Shown: piece after piece, positions 11,591 to 29,670 of the stretch
Numbering within the stretch: the stretch's first letter is position 1
How the letters are laid out: the number at the start of each line of letters is the position of its first letter
NCBI GenBank assembly: GCA_050613775.1
Contig: JBODTK010000001.1
Span: 496,001-560,000, forward strand
Direction of reading: 5' to 3'
Length of the DNA: 64,000 bases
Source: Neocallimastix sp. 'constans'
Taxonomy: Eukaryota
Program-made: the position numbers and the translations under genes
The notes under the pieces: generated by a model
Databases searched by the model: none
What the model was told of the DNA's origin: nothing
Seen by the model: only the letters and a program-made list of their open reading frames with translations

Positions 11591-14500
11591 TAGAAATATA
11601 TCAAATTAAATAGAAAAAAATTTAATTGAATATAAAAACTTTTAATATTTACAACAAATAAATTATAATTTTTTTAAAGTTTTATTAATTTATATATATA
11701 TATTTAAATAAATATTTATTTTAATAATGAAAATTTTTTTTAAAATATTAATTGTTATTTATTGAAAGCATACTTTATTTAATCATATATACCAATAGAA
11801 ATACTATTCTGTTTTTCTATTTTAAATTTAAATTTTACTCATAGATTATAAAATAAAAAAATACATATTAGAGATTAATAGTATTCACCGATAAGAAAAA
11901 AAAGCTTTTTTTTTTTTTGGACTTAACAAAAAAAAAATTTTTTTTTTTTTATATATTTAATAGAGGATTAATCAATATATTAATAATACTAGACATAATA
12001 ATAATTTTTTAAATTAATTATAACTTTAATATATATATATATTTAAAATTATAAAAATACTTTTTTTACATATATTTTAATTAATTTAAATTTCAACGAA
12101 ACGTGATTTTGATAATGATATGCGGGACTTTTATGTGCTACTAATTTTTAATAGTATCTATTATATTTAAATTAACCTTTATTAATATATTTTAATTTAT
12201 AAAACCCAATTAACCAAGGGTCCTCTCTAAACTACAAATAAAGAAGAGTAGTTATTAGAAATCTTTATAATAATTTAATTATTAATAATAATAAATATAC
12301 ATTTAAAATATATTATATCGGAGTATAGTATAATATATAATAAATATATATTAAAATAATAAATATAATAAATATAACTATATAATTCTTAAAATGAAAA
12401 TAAGAATAATAAAGTTAAATATATAAGAATATAATTATATAATAAATATGAATATAATAAATAATATCAACTATATATATTTAATTATAATTAAAATAAC
12501 TAAAACTATTTCATTATATTATAATATATAGAAGTATTATGTATTTTTAATATAAATTTTAAAATAAATATGAATAGTTAAGTTATATATATAATAATAT
12601 TCTTATTATATATATTTAGAAGAAATTAACTATTTAATTTAATATATTTAATATATTTCATATTATAATGAATAATATATATAAATATTGAATAATATAT
12701 GAATAAGAAATTATTTCAAATATTATTATTGACAAAAGAGATATAAATTTAATATTTAATAATTATTATTAAATATACAAATATGTTGCTACACATATTT
12801 GTTTTATATCAATAAATTTTTAGAGTTTGATAAATTTTTATAATTTGATATTTATAAATAATAAACTTAATAAAATATGTTCAAAAGCACATAAATATTT
12901 AAAATTAAACAAAAAAAATTTTTTTTTCCAAATTTTTGTATTTAAAAAATTTACCCAATATAAATTCTTCAATTCTAATATTTTATAATTCCATAGAAAA
13001 TACATTAATACATATTTATATTTTTATTTTTGATATATCAAAAGTGAAATAATAATAATAATAATAACATTTAATTCATAACAATTAAACATGAAAGAAG
13101 AGTATATATTAAAAATAACAAGAATATATTAACATAAAATAGTAATGTTAATATTATATTTCTTAACGTTATTTAATATTGCATCCATATTAATGTTCAT
13201 TATATGAAATTAATATATAATATTTTTTTAAATAAAAATAAATATAATAAGTAAAAATATGTTTCTGTATTAATATTTATTAAGGTTTAATGAATGTCAA
13301 AATGTAATTATTTTAAAATAAATAAACAAGATAATACTTTTATTATTAAATAAAATTAATAACTATTTAAATTATTACTATTATTAATTTTATTTATTTA
13401 AATTACACTGATATTTTTTTTTTCTAATAGATCAGGAGAATATACTTCTATCACTTTATTATTTATTACTAAAGTAATGAAATATAAATTACATTATTAA
13501 TGAAAAAATACATTATAAATGTATTATGATAAAAAAATATATAAAAAATATACAAAATAAAAATTTTTATAATACAATTACCATAAAGAAGAAATTTTAA
13601 AGTAATGATGGTATTATATTATTAATTTAAATAATATATTAAAAGAATTTATCAAAACAAAACAAAGAAGTAACATCTATAAAGTAATTATTGTGGTTTC
13701 CACTACACTCTCGTTCAAATCAAAAGAGAAATATTATTGGGAAATTCAATTTCCATTGATTTATTGTGTGAACAACGATTATTACTATTTATGTAAAATA
13801 TATTGGAAGGACTAATAATAAAAGTCCTTCTATACTATATCGATTCAATGTTGACTCTCTTAGTTGTGAAAGATTTGTATTTTACCTATCAAAAAAGTAG
13901 CTCAAGTGATTTACTAATAAATGATACAGTATTGGTTAGATAATCCACTAAACTGGCGATATACGAAATATTAGATACAGAACTCATTAAGAGCATTGAA
14001 ATGTAACTTGGCTCAAAGAATATATAAATATATTCATCAATTTGTTCCTCACAATTTAAAATAGATGAATAGGAAGAAAAAAAATAATTTTTTAATTTTT
14101 TACGAAACAAAATAAAAAAGGTTATCGATGAAATCTAATAACTTTGATCTATCATTATAAAAATGTGGATAAATAATTATAAATAATATAGAAAAATTAA
14201 TATTTATATTAATATTAAAAAAAAAAATAATTAATAAAACATTGATTAATAAATATATATATATATATTTTTTGTTTTGTATTAAAATATACAATATTAT
14301 ATTATAATTATATTAATAATATATATATTATCAAAATATAATAAATTTCAGAATCATATTTCCCTTTATAATTATAAAAATTATAATATCAGAAAATATT
14401 AGATATTTTTTTTTATCCATTCTTTTTTTTTTTATGGATTTAAAAAAAATTTTTTTGTTACATATTATTATAAAATTAACTATTTTAGTTATATATATAT

Positions 14501-15004
14501 ACTTAATGCATAAATATTTCTTTAATAGAACCTAATAATACTTTATTTAACTTTATTATTAACAATTTTTTTATTAAATAATATATATATATATATATTT
14601 ATTAAAAATTAAACCATATAAAGATTTTAATTTTATCAATTTTTTTTTTTTTTTTTTTTTTATTTATTTTATATAATTTTTTTTTGTTTTATTTTATTTT
14701 ATATTTATAATTTTTTTTTATTTTATTTCATTTTATTTTATATTTATCAATTTTTTTTTATTTTATTTTATTTTATTTTATATTTATATTTATAATTTTT
14801 CTTTTTTACATATTATTCATTGACTATATTATTTACTTTTTACATTTTTTTACATTTTAAATAATATATACATTTCTATGAAATTTAAAACAACATCACA
14901 ATTTAATTATAGTTACATCATAGTATATTAAAAATTTTACAAATAAATTTATCATTGTTTTTTCATATATCTTAATAAAAATATTATTTAGAATGATAAA
15001 CTTA

Positions 15005-18711
<3,707 letters not shown>

Positions 18712-20155
18712 TTTTTTTTTTTTTTTTGGATATGTAATTTAAAAAATAAAAATAATAAAAACACAAGAAAAAAAAAAAAGAAAAAAAAAGGAAAAAGAAG
18801 AAAAAAGAAGAATTAATTACTTAATTGTTAAATTTATAAAGAAAAAAATTAAATTTATTAATTCATTTCTTTATTTTATAATAATTTATATTTTATATGT
18901 TAATAAATAATTTAAAAAAAAAAAAAAAAAATTACTATAAATAAAATTTAACATTAATTAATATATTTGAAAAAAATAATAAAAAAAAATTTTTTTTTTA
19001 TTTTTATTTAAAATGAGATTTATATAAATAGAATATTTCAAAATAGAAAGAAAAAATTTTATTAAATAAAAATATTAAAAAATACAAAAAATGAAAAAAT
19101 GAAAAAATGAAAAAATGAAAAAAAAAAAAAAAAAAAACTATTTTAAATACTCTTGGGTATAAATATATATAATAGTAAATATAATCCTGTTATTTAATTT
19201 TTATAATATATTTTCTTTTATAAATAATTTTATATTATTTTCATGAAAAAGTTTATTTTAATATAATTTTTGTTTTTATTATTTTATAAAAAGAAATAAA
19301 ATGAAATAAAATTAAGTATAATATATTTTATATTATAAAATCTGATGAATTTAATTTTCGTTTGAGTAAAGTAAAAAAAAAAAATAAAAATAAAAAAATA
19401 AAAATAAGATGCTATATTTATATTTTAAATTTTTTTAAATTTATCAAATTCAATTTTTTTTCTATATATAAATCAATTATTTTTATTGATATTACTCATT
19501 TTCTATATAAAAAAAAAATAAAATAAAATTGAAAGATGACAGGAGAAACCTTACATTTACACTAAAATATATTATATATACATATATAATATTTTAAAGA
19601 ATAAGGTTAAAATTTATTGTGTATAAAATAAATTTTTTAAGTTTTATTCTTATCAACTTTTTATTGACATATAAATATATAGATCATGTCAAAAAAAAAC
19701 ATAACAAAAAAATCCAAAAAAAATAAAAAATCATGTCAAAAAAATTATCAAAAATGTTGTAAATTTTATTATTATTTTAAAATTATTATTTTGATAAGCT
19801 AATTAAAAATTCCAATATGTAAAAAATTAAATAAAATATTTTTGAATATATATGATTTCATTTTAAAGTTAAAAATAAAGTAATAGTCGATAAAGACTCA
19901 AAATTTAATATATGAAATAATAAATAATTAAAAGCAAATAAAATGATATGTGTTATTTATAATTTAAATATATTTTGTTTTTATTAACTTTAAAAATTTC
20001 TAAATAAAAAAAGTATAATATATACTATTTTATTTATTATACTTTTTTTTTATTACATATTAAATTAAATAATTATATATAATTATTCTAAATATTTTTA
20101 AAGTACTGTTTGATAATGAAGAAAGACTATTAATATATATAGAAGGATTAATATA

Positions 20156-20197
<42 letters not shown>

Positions 20198-20607
20198 ATA
20201 TTATTTTTTTTATTAAAACAATTTTTCCTTTATTATTTGAAATAAAATTATTAAGTTTACTATTACCATATTTTTTATAATATTTTTTAAAATAACTATA
20301 ATATTATTTATTATACAAAAAAATTATTTATTAGAAATTAATTATAAATATTATAATTCATTACAAATTAAGCGTATACTATAAATAATAAGGTATATAT
20401 TATATATCATAACATTAAATATATGTATAAAATAGTGCTTTTAATATACATATATAATCATGATATTTAAAAATATATATTTATATTTATTCATAAATAT
20501 TTTCTATGCATAAATATATACACATATATATATTAATTACTTGATGGTAGAATATATAAATTAAATTTCGTTGAGTTTAATTATTTTATTTTTTTTTTTT
20601 TTTTTAC

Positions 20608-20698
<91 letters not shown>

Positions 20699-21781
20699 TA
20701 TTATTTATTAATAATTATTAATATTATTATTATTAATTATTAATAATATTATTATTTACTGTTTTTATTAATTATTAATATTATCATTATTTACTGTTTT
20801 TATTAATTATTATTATTATTATTTATTATTATTATTATTATTATTATTTATTATATTATTATTATTTATTATATTATTATTATTATTATTTATTAATATT
20901 ATTATTATTATTAATTATTAATATTAATATTATTATTATTTATTGTTTTTATTATTTATTATTATTATATATATATTGTTTTTATCATTATTATTTATAT
21001 ATATAATAAATATTATATAGACAATATATAATATAGTTTTAGGAAAATTTCAATAAAAAAAAAAATATCAAATTATTTAAATTTTTAGATATTTATTACC
21101 AAATTAAACTTTATATAAAATAAATGGAATTAAATAATATACAAATTTAAATTATAATAAAAATTTTTAATATATAGAAGAATAAAAAAAAAGAATTTTT
21201 AATTAAATTATTTCTAAAATAATATAACAAAAAAAAAAAAAAAAAAAAAAAAATTAGAAATTAAAAATTATAAAAGAATAAATATTATTATGACTACAAT
21301 TATTATTATAATAGAACAATGTTTATTACTTTAATATCTTTAAATTATATCCTTAATTATTTTTGAAAATGGAAAATGAAAATTATTCAATATTATTAAA
21401 TATTAAATTTTTTTTTTTTTTTTTTTGACAATAAAAATGTTGAAGAAATAAATTTCAATAACTTATCAATTTGAATTTAAAAAATTTTAATAATATTATT
21501 AATTTTGAAAAATTGAGTTTTAATGGAAATATAGATTTTATTTAAATTAATCCCCAAATAAAGTTTCAGTAAAATTAAATAACTTTCAATATTACAGAGA
21601 TGGGAAGGAAAAAAAAAGTTTTTTTTTTTTTTTTTTTTTTTTTATCTTTCATAATAAAAATTGGAACATTTAATAAAATAATAGTTTTTCAATAAATATA
21701 TATATATTATAAGGTATTCTAGTATATATATTGAAATTTTTTATAGATAAAATATAAACGGAGTAGGTTCAACAATAATTT

Positions 21782-21813
<32 letters not shown>

Positions 21814-21936
21814 GATAAAAAAGATAAAAAAAAGTTGCTTCATAAAAGATCTTTATTCAAAAATGAAAAAAGTATGAATTACTATAATATATAATATTAA
21901 ATAAAATTTCTTTCAAATTTTAAGTTTCATATATCG

Positions 21937-22295
21937 TATGGACCCAAGTATTGTTGAATTAAATACTGCATCTTTAAAAGGACGCTATTCAAGGCATAGA
22001 ATTGATCTTATTAATGGTTATAGTGATGATAAACTTGAAATTTGTAAAATATACTATAATATTATTAATATTATTTCGAATATTATTAAATATTATAAAA
22101 ATTATAAAATATAATTTAATTTAATAAAATAAATTATTAGGTCTAGGTTGATAAGGCCTAGTTATCAATTTACTTTTTGTTTTAAAACCTTGATAAAAAT
22201 ATCTTATTAATACTCCATTGACTCAACAACTACTAACAATGTTGCGAGTTACCCATAATATAAAGGAGATGGATAGTTTCCTAATAATTCAATAT
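21937..22295 (+). pseudogene. Probable decayed scaffoldin-family gene fragment
   Basis: Reads MDPSIVELNTASLKGRYSRHRIDLINGYSDDKLEI, then a gtaaaa...ttag intron, then CLG**GLVINLL with further stops and frameshifts. The LEICLG..GLVINL pattern resembles FSLCLD..GITVDL (gene at 444) and VELCFS (gene at 18711). Confidence 0.3.
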
Positions 22296-23291
22296 ATATA
22301 TATATTTTTTTTGTTGTTGTTGTTTATAATGAACTTTTCCTTATTCATATATATATTAAGATTAATAGTGACTACCATTAAAAACATCTCTTAAAACATT
22401 ATTAACATTATGATTTAAAATAATATTTAAATTATTGGTTAAATTTTATTATTTTATTTTGCTAAAATTCAACATTTATTATAATTTTAATAATTAATAT
22501 TTATTTATTTATTTATTTTATTTTCATATATTGATTTTAATTATTTTTATGCTATTATACATTAACTTTTTTTATTTACTTTAAAAAAAAATAAAAATAA
22601 AAATAAAATATAAATAAAATATTATTATACAAACTATCAATTTAAGATAATTATAAATTTTATATAATAATCATTTTTATATAAAATTTTAAATTTTAAA
22701 TATTTTATTATTTATTATATTTTATTTTATTTTATTCAATAATAATTTTATACATAAATATTTATTTTTCTTTTTTTTTTTTTTTATCTTTTGTCTTTTG
22801 TTTTATTTTGTTTACATCAATTTGTAATTTTCTTTTTATAATTAAACATTATATTTTCATATTCTTTAATTATATGAATAATATAGATAAAATTTTAAAA
22901 AATGTAATCAATACATTTTTTTATTTGTTATTATATTAATTAATTTTTTTAATTTTTAATAATAAAAGCCTTTTAATTCTAAATTATTCTTAAATTAGAA
23001 CTTTACTTTTATTGTATAATAGTTTTTTTCTTTTTTTTTTAATTTCATCTTTTTATTACTTTATTGTGAATATTTTTTTTTCTTTTTAATCTAATTATTA
23101 TATTTTTTTTTCTTAATTGGTTATGATAAAAAAAATATTCAAAATAATTTAATTGAAAAAAATAACTATTTTATAAAAACTAAACAATAGAAATTATTTT
23201 TAGTTTTTTAAAATTGTTTTAAAAATAGTTTTTTTTTTACTTCTTCTTTTTTCTTTTAAAAAAAAAAAAAAAATTAGTGGATGAAAATTTC

Positions 23292-25728
23292 TTAACAATT
23301 AGTTGGAATACCACACCAGTCATTATTTTGAACACCCCATTTACCATCATTATCAGTGTAAACAGTATCAATACAACCGCTACAACATGGGAAACCTAAT
23401 TTATCAGACCAACATTGAGCAGCTGAAGCCTTAGTAATACCACACCAATCGTTATTTTCAACTCCCCAGTCACCATTTTCATCTTGGAAGTAGACTTCAG
23501 TATTGTTTGGAGAACAGCAGGCATAACCCATAGAAGCAACTACACAATCGTTGGAAGAAGTAACAACTGGTTTACGAGTGGTAGTAGTAGTTCTTCTAGT
23601 GGTAGTTCTTGTAGTTCTTGGCTTTGGTGGTTGAGATTGAGTAGTCTTTGGAGAATTGTCTTGTTGTTGACCAAAACCAAAACCGAACATATTAAATTGA
23701 GTATTAATATGACCTTCAACAGCTCTATCAATATCATAGTAGTAATTAAGATCCATATATTCTGGATTACAGTTTAATTTGAAGTCAGTACAAACCTTTC
23801 TGTATCTAAGAAGAATCCAGAATTTTAAACCATAACCAGAACTAGAACTGCTTGGACCAATGTTAGTAAATTCACTGTTAGCTTCCCATTGAGCCATAGT
23901 GTAATCATTGTTAACTTTTTCATTAAGCATACCTGGTTTCTTACCATTAGCACCTGGAGTCTTATCCTTTTGAACATAGGGTCTGATGAAGTCCTTTAAT
24001 TCATCAATACGTGGGAAAAGAATTTCTGGATTGAAAGCTTCCTCAACGAATTTCTTCATAATTTGATTAAAACGACTACGATCATTCTTAATACAGATAT
24101 CAAGAACATGACTTTTTTTAGTTGACCAGTCATCGAAAGACCATGATGGATAGTCCTTGTCACTTTTAATGGAACCAGCGAATTCAATGGCACAAACATC
24201 TTGACCAAAATCAGCATCATAATCGTATTCAATCATAGTCCATTTACCACCATAGTTTTGTGGCATCTTATACATAGCAAAATTGTGACCAGTATTAAGG
24301 AAATGATCCCATGAACCAGTTAAGTATTCATAAGCCATTTCATATAAAAATTGATCAACATCAAAGAAGCTTTCAGCTTCTCTCATGGAGTTAGCTCTAT
24401 CTAAGGAGGATAAGAAATTTGTCCAATCAGAATGATCAGTAACATCTTCATTTTCATTTTCACATTGAGTAGCGCTAGTACTAGATTGTAAGTTAATACC
24501 TCCAGCTTTACACTTGTAAATGTGAGTCGTATCCTTATCTCCGTATTCAATTTCAGCCCAAGTTGGTTTTGGGGCATCCATAAGAACGTAGAAACCCCAA
24601 TATTCATTATTAACATATAAAGAAATGTAATTTGCAGCAATAGATGGAATACCCAAACGATTGTGTATATCACAAGCTAATTTTGATCTTAAGTAAGTGG
24701 CTTCACGAGCATCAGAACGAATTCTGAATTGTTTACGACCATATAAATCATTCTTACCACGAATTTTAAGATTAAAAGCTTGTCTAGCGTAAGAACGAGA
24801 TGAACTACCACCAATAGAGAATGTAACCTTATCAAAAGATTGTTGTCCTCTATTTATTAAAATAACATATAAAATGATTTATCATTTTTTATATATTATG
24901 ATATTTAAATTATTTAATAATAATCATAGTTTTTTTTTTTTAAAAAAAAAAAATTATTATTAAAAAAATAATAATAATAATAATTTGATAAATATGGATT
25001 ACTCTTAGTAATTGCAATATATTTTTAAAAAATTATTATACTATACAATATTATTTAATTATTATAATTTAAAAAAATTTTTTTTTTTTTAGTTTTTACT
25101 TTACCCATTAATATTAACAACCATAGTAGCATTTTTAGTCTTGTAGTTTTCTTTTTGGGTTAAGAAGCCACCGCCTCCTCCCATTCCACCCCATATGTCA
25201 CCACCCCATGGGTTACCACCATTATTACCCCATGGGTTACCACCGTTATTACCCCATTGGTTTCCACCGTTATTACCCCATTGGTTTCCACCATTATTGC
25301 CCCATTGGTTTCCCCAGTCCCATTGACGTTTGAAGAAGCCATTACTAGCATTTATTTCACTCTTCATTTGATTGAATTCATTTTGAGGAATAGTAATTCT
25401 GAAATCTGGAACTTCATGATCCATAATTTCGAAAAGTTCAGCACGATTACCATCCTTGATGAAATCAGTGTGAGCAACTGTGAAAGAAGCTATATAAATA
25501 TATATAATTATTATAAAACACATAAAATTATAAATTTCAAATATTAATATATAGATATATTAAATTAATATATATTTATTTATTAATACTATTTAAATAA
25601 TTATTTATTTATAATATTTTGCTTTTTTTTTTAAAAAAAAAAAAAAAAAATTATAAAATTATTTGAAAGTAAGAATAATAAAATATTTTACCTAAAAGTA
25701 ATTCAATAACAATATTTGTTATTTTCAT
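23292..25728 (-). CDS. cotH: CotH spore-coat-kinase-domain protein with two C-terminal fungal dockerin (NCDD/CBM10-like) modules, ~659 aa
   Basis: Exons 25728-25692, 25489-25105 and 24849-23292 (GT-AG, 1980 nt). Signal peptide MKITNIVIELLLASFTVA. CotH motifs FSIGGSSSR..FNLKI, LYVNNEYWGFY, GSWDHF..HNF, YDYDADFG. Thr-rich linker, then two dockerin-type repeats (GYACC..DENGDWGVENNDWCGI and GFPCC..DNDGKWGVQNNDWCGI). Confidence 0.92.
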
Positions 25729-28310
25729 TTTTATTTCTTTAATTTTTATTTATATACTTATTGTACTTATATAAATAGAATAGGATTTATTTCTTATTAT
25801 TATTTTAAAATAAAAAAAATTAAATATTTAACATAAACAAACAAAAAAGTTTAAATAAATTAAATTTTTAATTATTTTTTTTAAAAAAAAGAAAAAAAAA
25901 TATTATTATACAAAAAGGCTTTTAAATTTAATGATAAAAAAAAAGAAGAAAATAACGAGAGAAAATTTTCTTCTATTTATAATAAAAATTTTTAAACATT
26001 AATATTAAAATAATGCTATATATTAATTCAATATTAATTCATATTTTTTTTTGTTTTTTGTTTTTTTTTTTTTTCTACTTTTTTAATATATCAAAAAAAA
26101 AAAAAAAAAAAAAAAGTAATACAGGAATGTCGTATGCATGAAAAAGTTATAATATACTAACTATTAATATAAAGATACATTTAATGACTTAATATTTTAT
26201 ATTAATTTTAATAAAAATAATTCATTATTATAGTTTATTGTGAATACAATATTAATATAATAGGGATATTAAAAAGGAATAATTGAAATACAATATAAAT
26301 ATAAATATAAATATATAAATAAATAAAAAATACAATAGGAAAAAAAGAATTAATAAATAATATATTATATTGTTTATAAATTTTATTTAATAATTTGATA
26401 TTTGATTTATATTAATTTTAATTTAATATATTTTTATTCATTTCTAATAAATTATCTTGAGGATTGAATATATAAAAATTATTCATATATGTATTTATAT
26501 ACAGTATAGAAAAAATTTTAACAATAAACTTGATTTATTGTTAAAACTTTAATTAATTTGTATATGTATGTAATTTTTTTTTTTTTTAAAAAAAAAACAA
26601 TTAATTTTTATTTTTATAAAATTAAACTTTATTAATATAAAAGATTATAATTTTTTTAGAAAGATTTAATCTTTTACATAAACTTAATTAATTAATATTT
26701 TTAACTTAATCAAATATCAAAATTGTCAATACCATTGTTAAACTATTTAGTATTAATTAATATTAATTAAATATTATGAGACATATTTATATTAAAAAAA
26801 TTTAAATTTTATTTTATATTAATTGACTGTTTTTTTTTTTTAATCATATGAGGATGACTCGTAATCCTTTTTTTTTTTTTTAATAAAAAAAAAAATTAAA
26901 AGTTTCTATTTATTTTATAATTTTTTTTCTTTTTTTTTTTAAATATAATTATTTCAGTATTTAAATTTCTATTCTTTATTTCATATATATTAAAAAAAAG
27001 AATTATAATATATTTTCTATATTATTAATATTTTGTTATAATTTAAAGTTTCAATTCATTAACTATTTTATTTTCTTAATAAGCTTTACTAAGCAATATT
27101 ATAAAAGATATTCAAAAAAAAAAAAATGTTTTGCTAATTAGTCATGCAATAACTATACAAATTATCTTTTGCAAAAGATATTTTATTTAATTTATTATAA
27201 CTATTTCATGTAAAATATATATATATTCATTATGTAATTAAAAGTCCTTATATATTTTTCTTGTTAATCATAAATAAAAATAAAAATACAAATTATAAAA
27301 ATTTCATAATTTATATATAGTAATAAGATATAAATAATAAAAATGAATATTATATGATTTAATATTAAAAAAAAAAATTAAAAAAGAAAATTATAATTCA
27401 ATAAAAAATAAAAAAAAATAATAAATAAAAATGAAAAAATGAATTATAAATATTATTAATATATATATTCCATAATAAATTTGGAATAAAAATAATTTAA
27501 TAATAATTAAAATTCTTTAAAAAATTAATTAAAGTAAAAAGTATATTAAAAATAATATTAATATGAATAATAATAAAATTAATTAATTAATTAATTAAAA
27601 ATTTAAATTATTATAAAAAGAAAATAAAATTAAAAAAAAAAGTATTTAAAACTTATGAATTGAAACAAAAAATTAAAATTAAATACATTGTAAACATAAA
27701 CCAATAATATTTAAGCATTTTAATTATTTAATATCATTTAATTTTTCATATTATTAATTAATATTAATAAAAATACAATTTCTCAATAATATTGGTGACA
27801 AATTAAATATATATAAATTATTATTAAAAATTTGTAATAATAATGAAATATATTAATTTATTTTTGTCTTTTAAAACAAAAAAAAAAAAGAAAAAAGAAA
27901 AATATGTGTCAAATATTGTTAATTTTAGATTTCTCTCTAATATTAAAAAATATATATATATATATATATTTCAACTAATTAAAAATAAATTTATAATATT
28001 TAATTATTTAATTATAATAAATTAGCACAAGCATTTAATATTTAATTAATAATTGTATAATAAAATACAGATAATATATATTTTTGAATTAAAAATATTA
28101 ATATTTATATTTTTTTTATTCAATTAAAAAATAAATATTATTCATATAATGAACTATATATTAAAAATAAGTTTCTTTTTTTTTAATTATATGATTTTAA
28201 TAATATTATTAATTATTAATATGGAATGAGACACTTTTTTTTAAAGTTTTTTTTTAAAGGCGCAATTTATATTAAATGATGAAAAAATAAAAAAAAAATA
28301 ATAAAAAAAA

Positions 28311-28344
<34 letters not shown>

Positions 28345-28744
28345 GGATTATTCATATTAGTTACTGAAAAATAATAAATATAATAATTATTATTCATATT
28401 AAATGAGAAGAATAATCATGATTAACATGATATGATAATATTTTAGAAATGTAAACAATAATGAGTAATAGTAAATTAAAATTTTTAAAAATTTATATTT
28501 CCAAGATTTTAATTAATATAATTAATTAATAATATGAGTAATAATGATAATACTAATCATAAAAATATCTAGAATATATATTTATATATAAATAAAAAAA
28601 AAAAACATAAAATATATATATATATATATAATATTAAACATAAAGATATATATTTATAAAGAAATATAAATTTTTTAATATTGGATTCAATAGAAAAATT
28701 TACAAATTAAATAATTATGAGTTAGATTTATAGAAATTAAGAAT

Positions 28745-28781
<37 letters not shown>

Positions 28782-28904
28782 TCGAAAAAGTATTCATATG
28801 TATGTAATAATAATAATTACTATTCCTTCATAAATTTATCATTCTTAATTCTTATTATTTTTTTTAACATTAATTATTAATAATAAAAACTAAATATTGT
28901 AAAT

Positions 28905-29417
28905 AAATAAATAAAAAAAAAAAAAAAAAAAATCACCAATTTAATTAATATAATAAATATTTGGAAAAAAATATGTATTAATTGTTTACATATGATTTTT
29001 ATGATTATTACATCATATTTTTTTTTTTACTCTATATTTGTTTTTTATTTATTTATTATTATTAATTATTATTATTATTATTATCATTATTATATAATTT
29101 TAATACCCAATATCATGAAATTCAGGTTTCATTGACTCATAATATCTTATAATATGATGGAAAACCGTAAATAGGGTTAGTATTTAATAAAAGTTATTAA
29201 AACCAAGTAAATACAATTTCTTTTTATTGCATTGATTAATGTAGAATTGATTCTTGATTTTACAAAGATTTTTATAATATTTAAATAAAAAAAAAAAAAA
29301 AAATCATCAATTTAATTAATATAATAAATATTTGGAAAAAATATGTATCAATTGTTTACATATGATTTTTATGATTATTACATCATATTTTTTTTTACTC
29401 TATATTTGTTTTTTATT

Positions 29418-29476
<59 letters not shown>

Positions 29477-29670
29477 ATTTTAATACTCAATATCATGAAA
29501 TTCAGTTTTCATTGACTCATAATATGATGGAAAACCGCAAATAGCGTTAGTATTTAATAAAAGTTATTAAAACCAAGTAAATACAATTTCTTTTTATTGT
29601 ATTGGTTAATGTAGAATTGATTCTTGATTTTACAAAGATTTTTATAATATTTAAATAAAAAAAAAAAAAA
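28905..29670 (+). repeat. Direct tandem duplication, unit ~380 bp
   Basis: 28905-29285 and 29283-29670 are near-identical (aatca(c/t)caatttaattaat...ttggaaaaaa...aaaaccg(t/c)aaatag...tacaaagatttttataatatttaaat). Confidence 0.9.
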
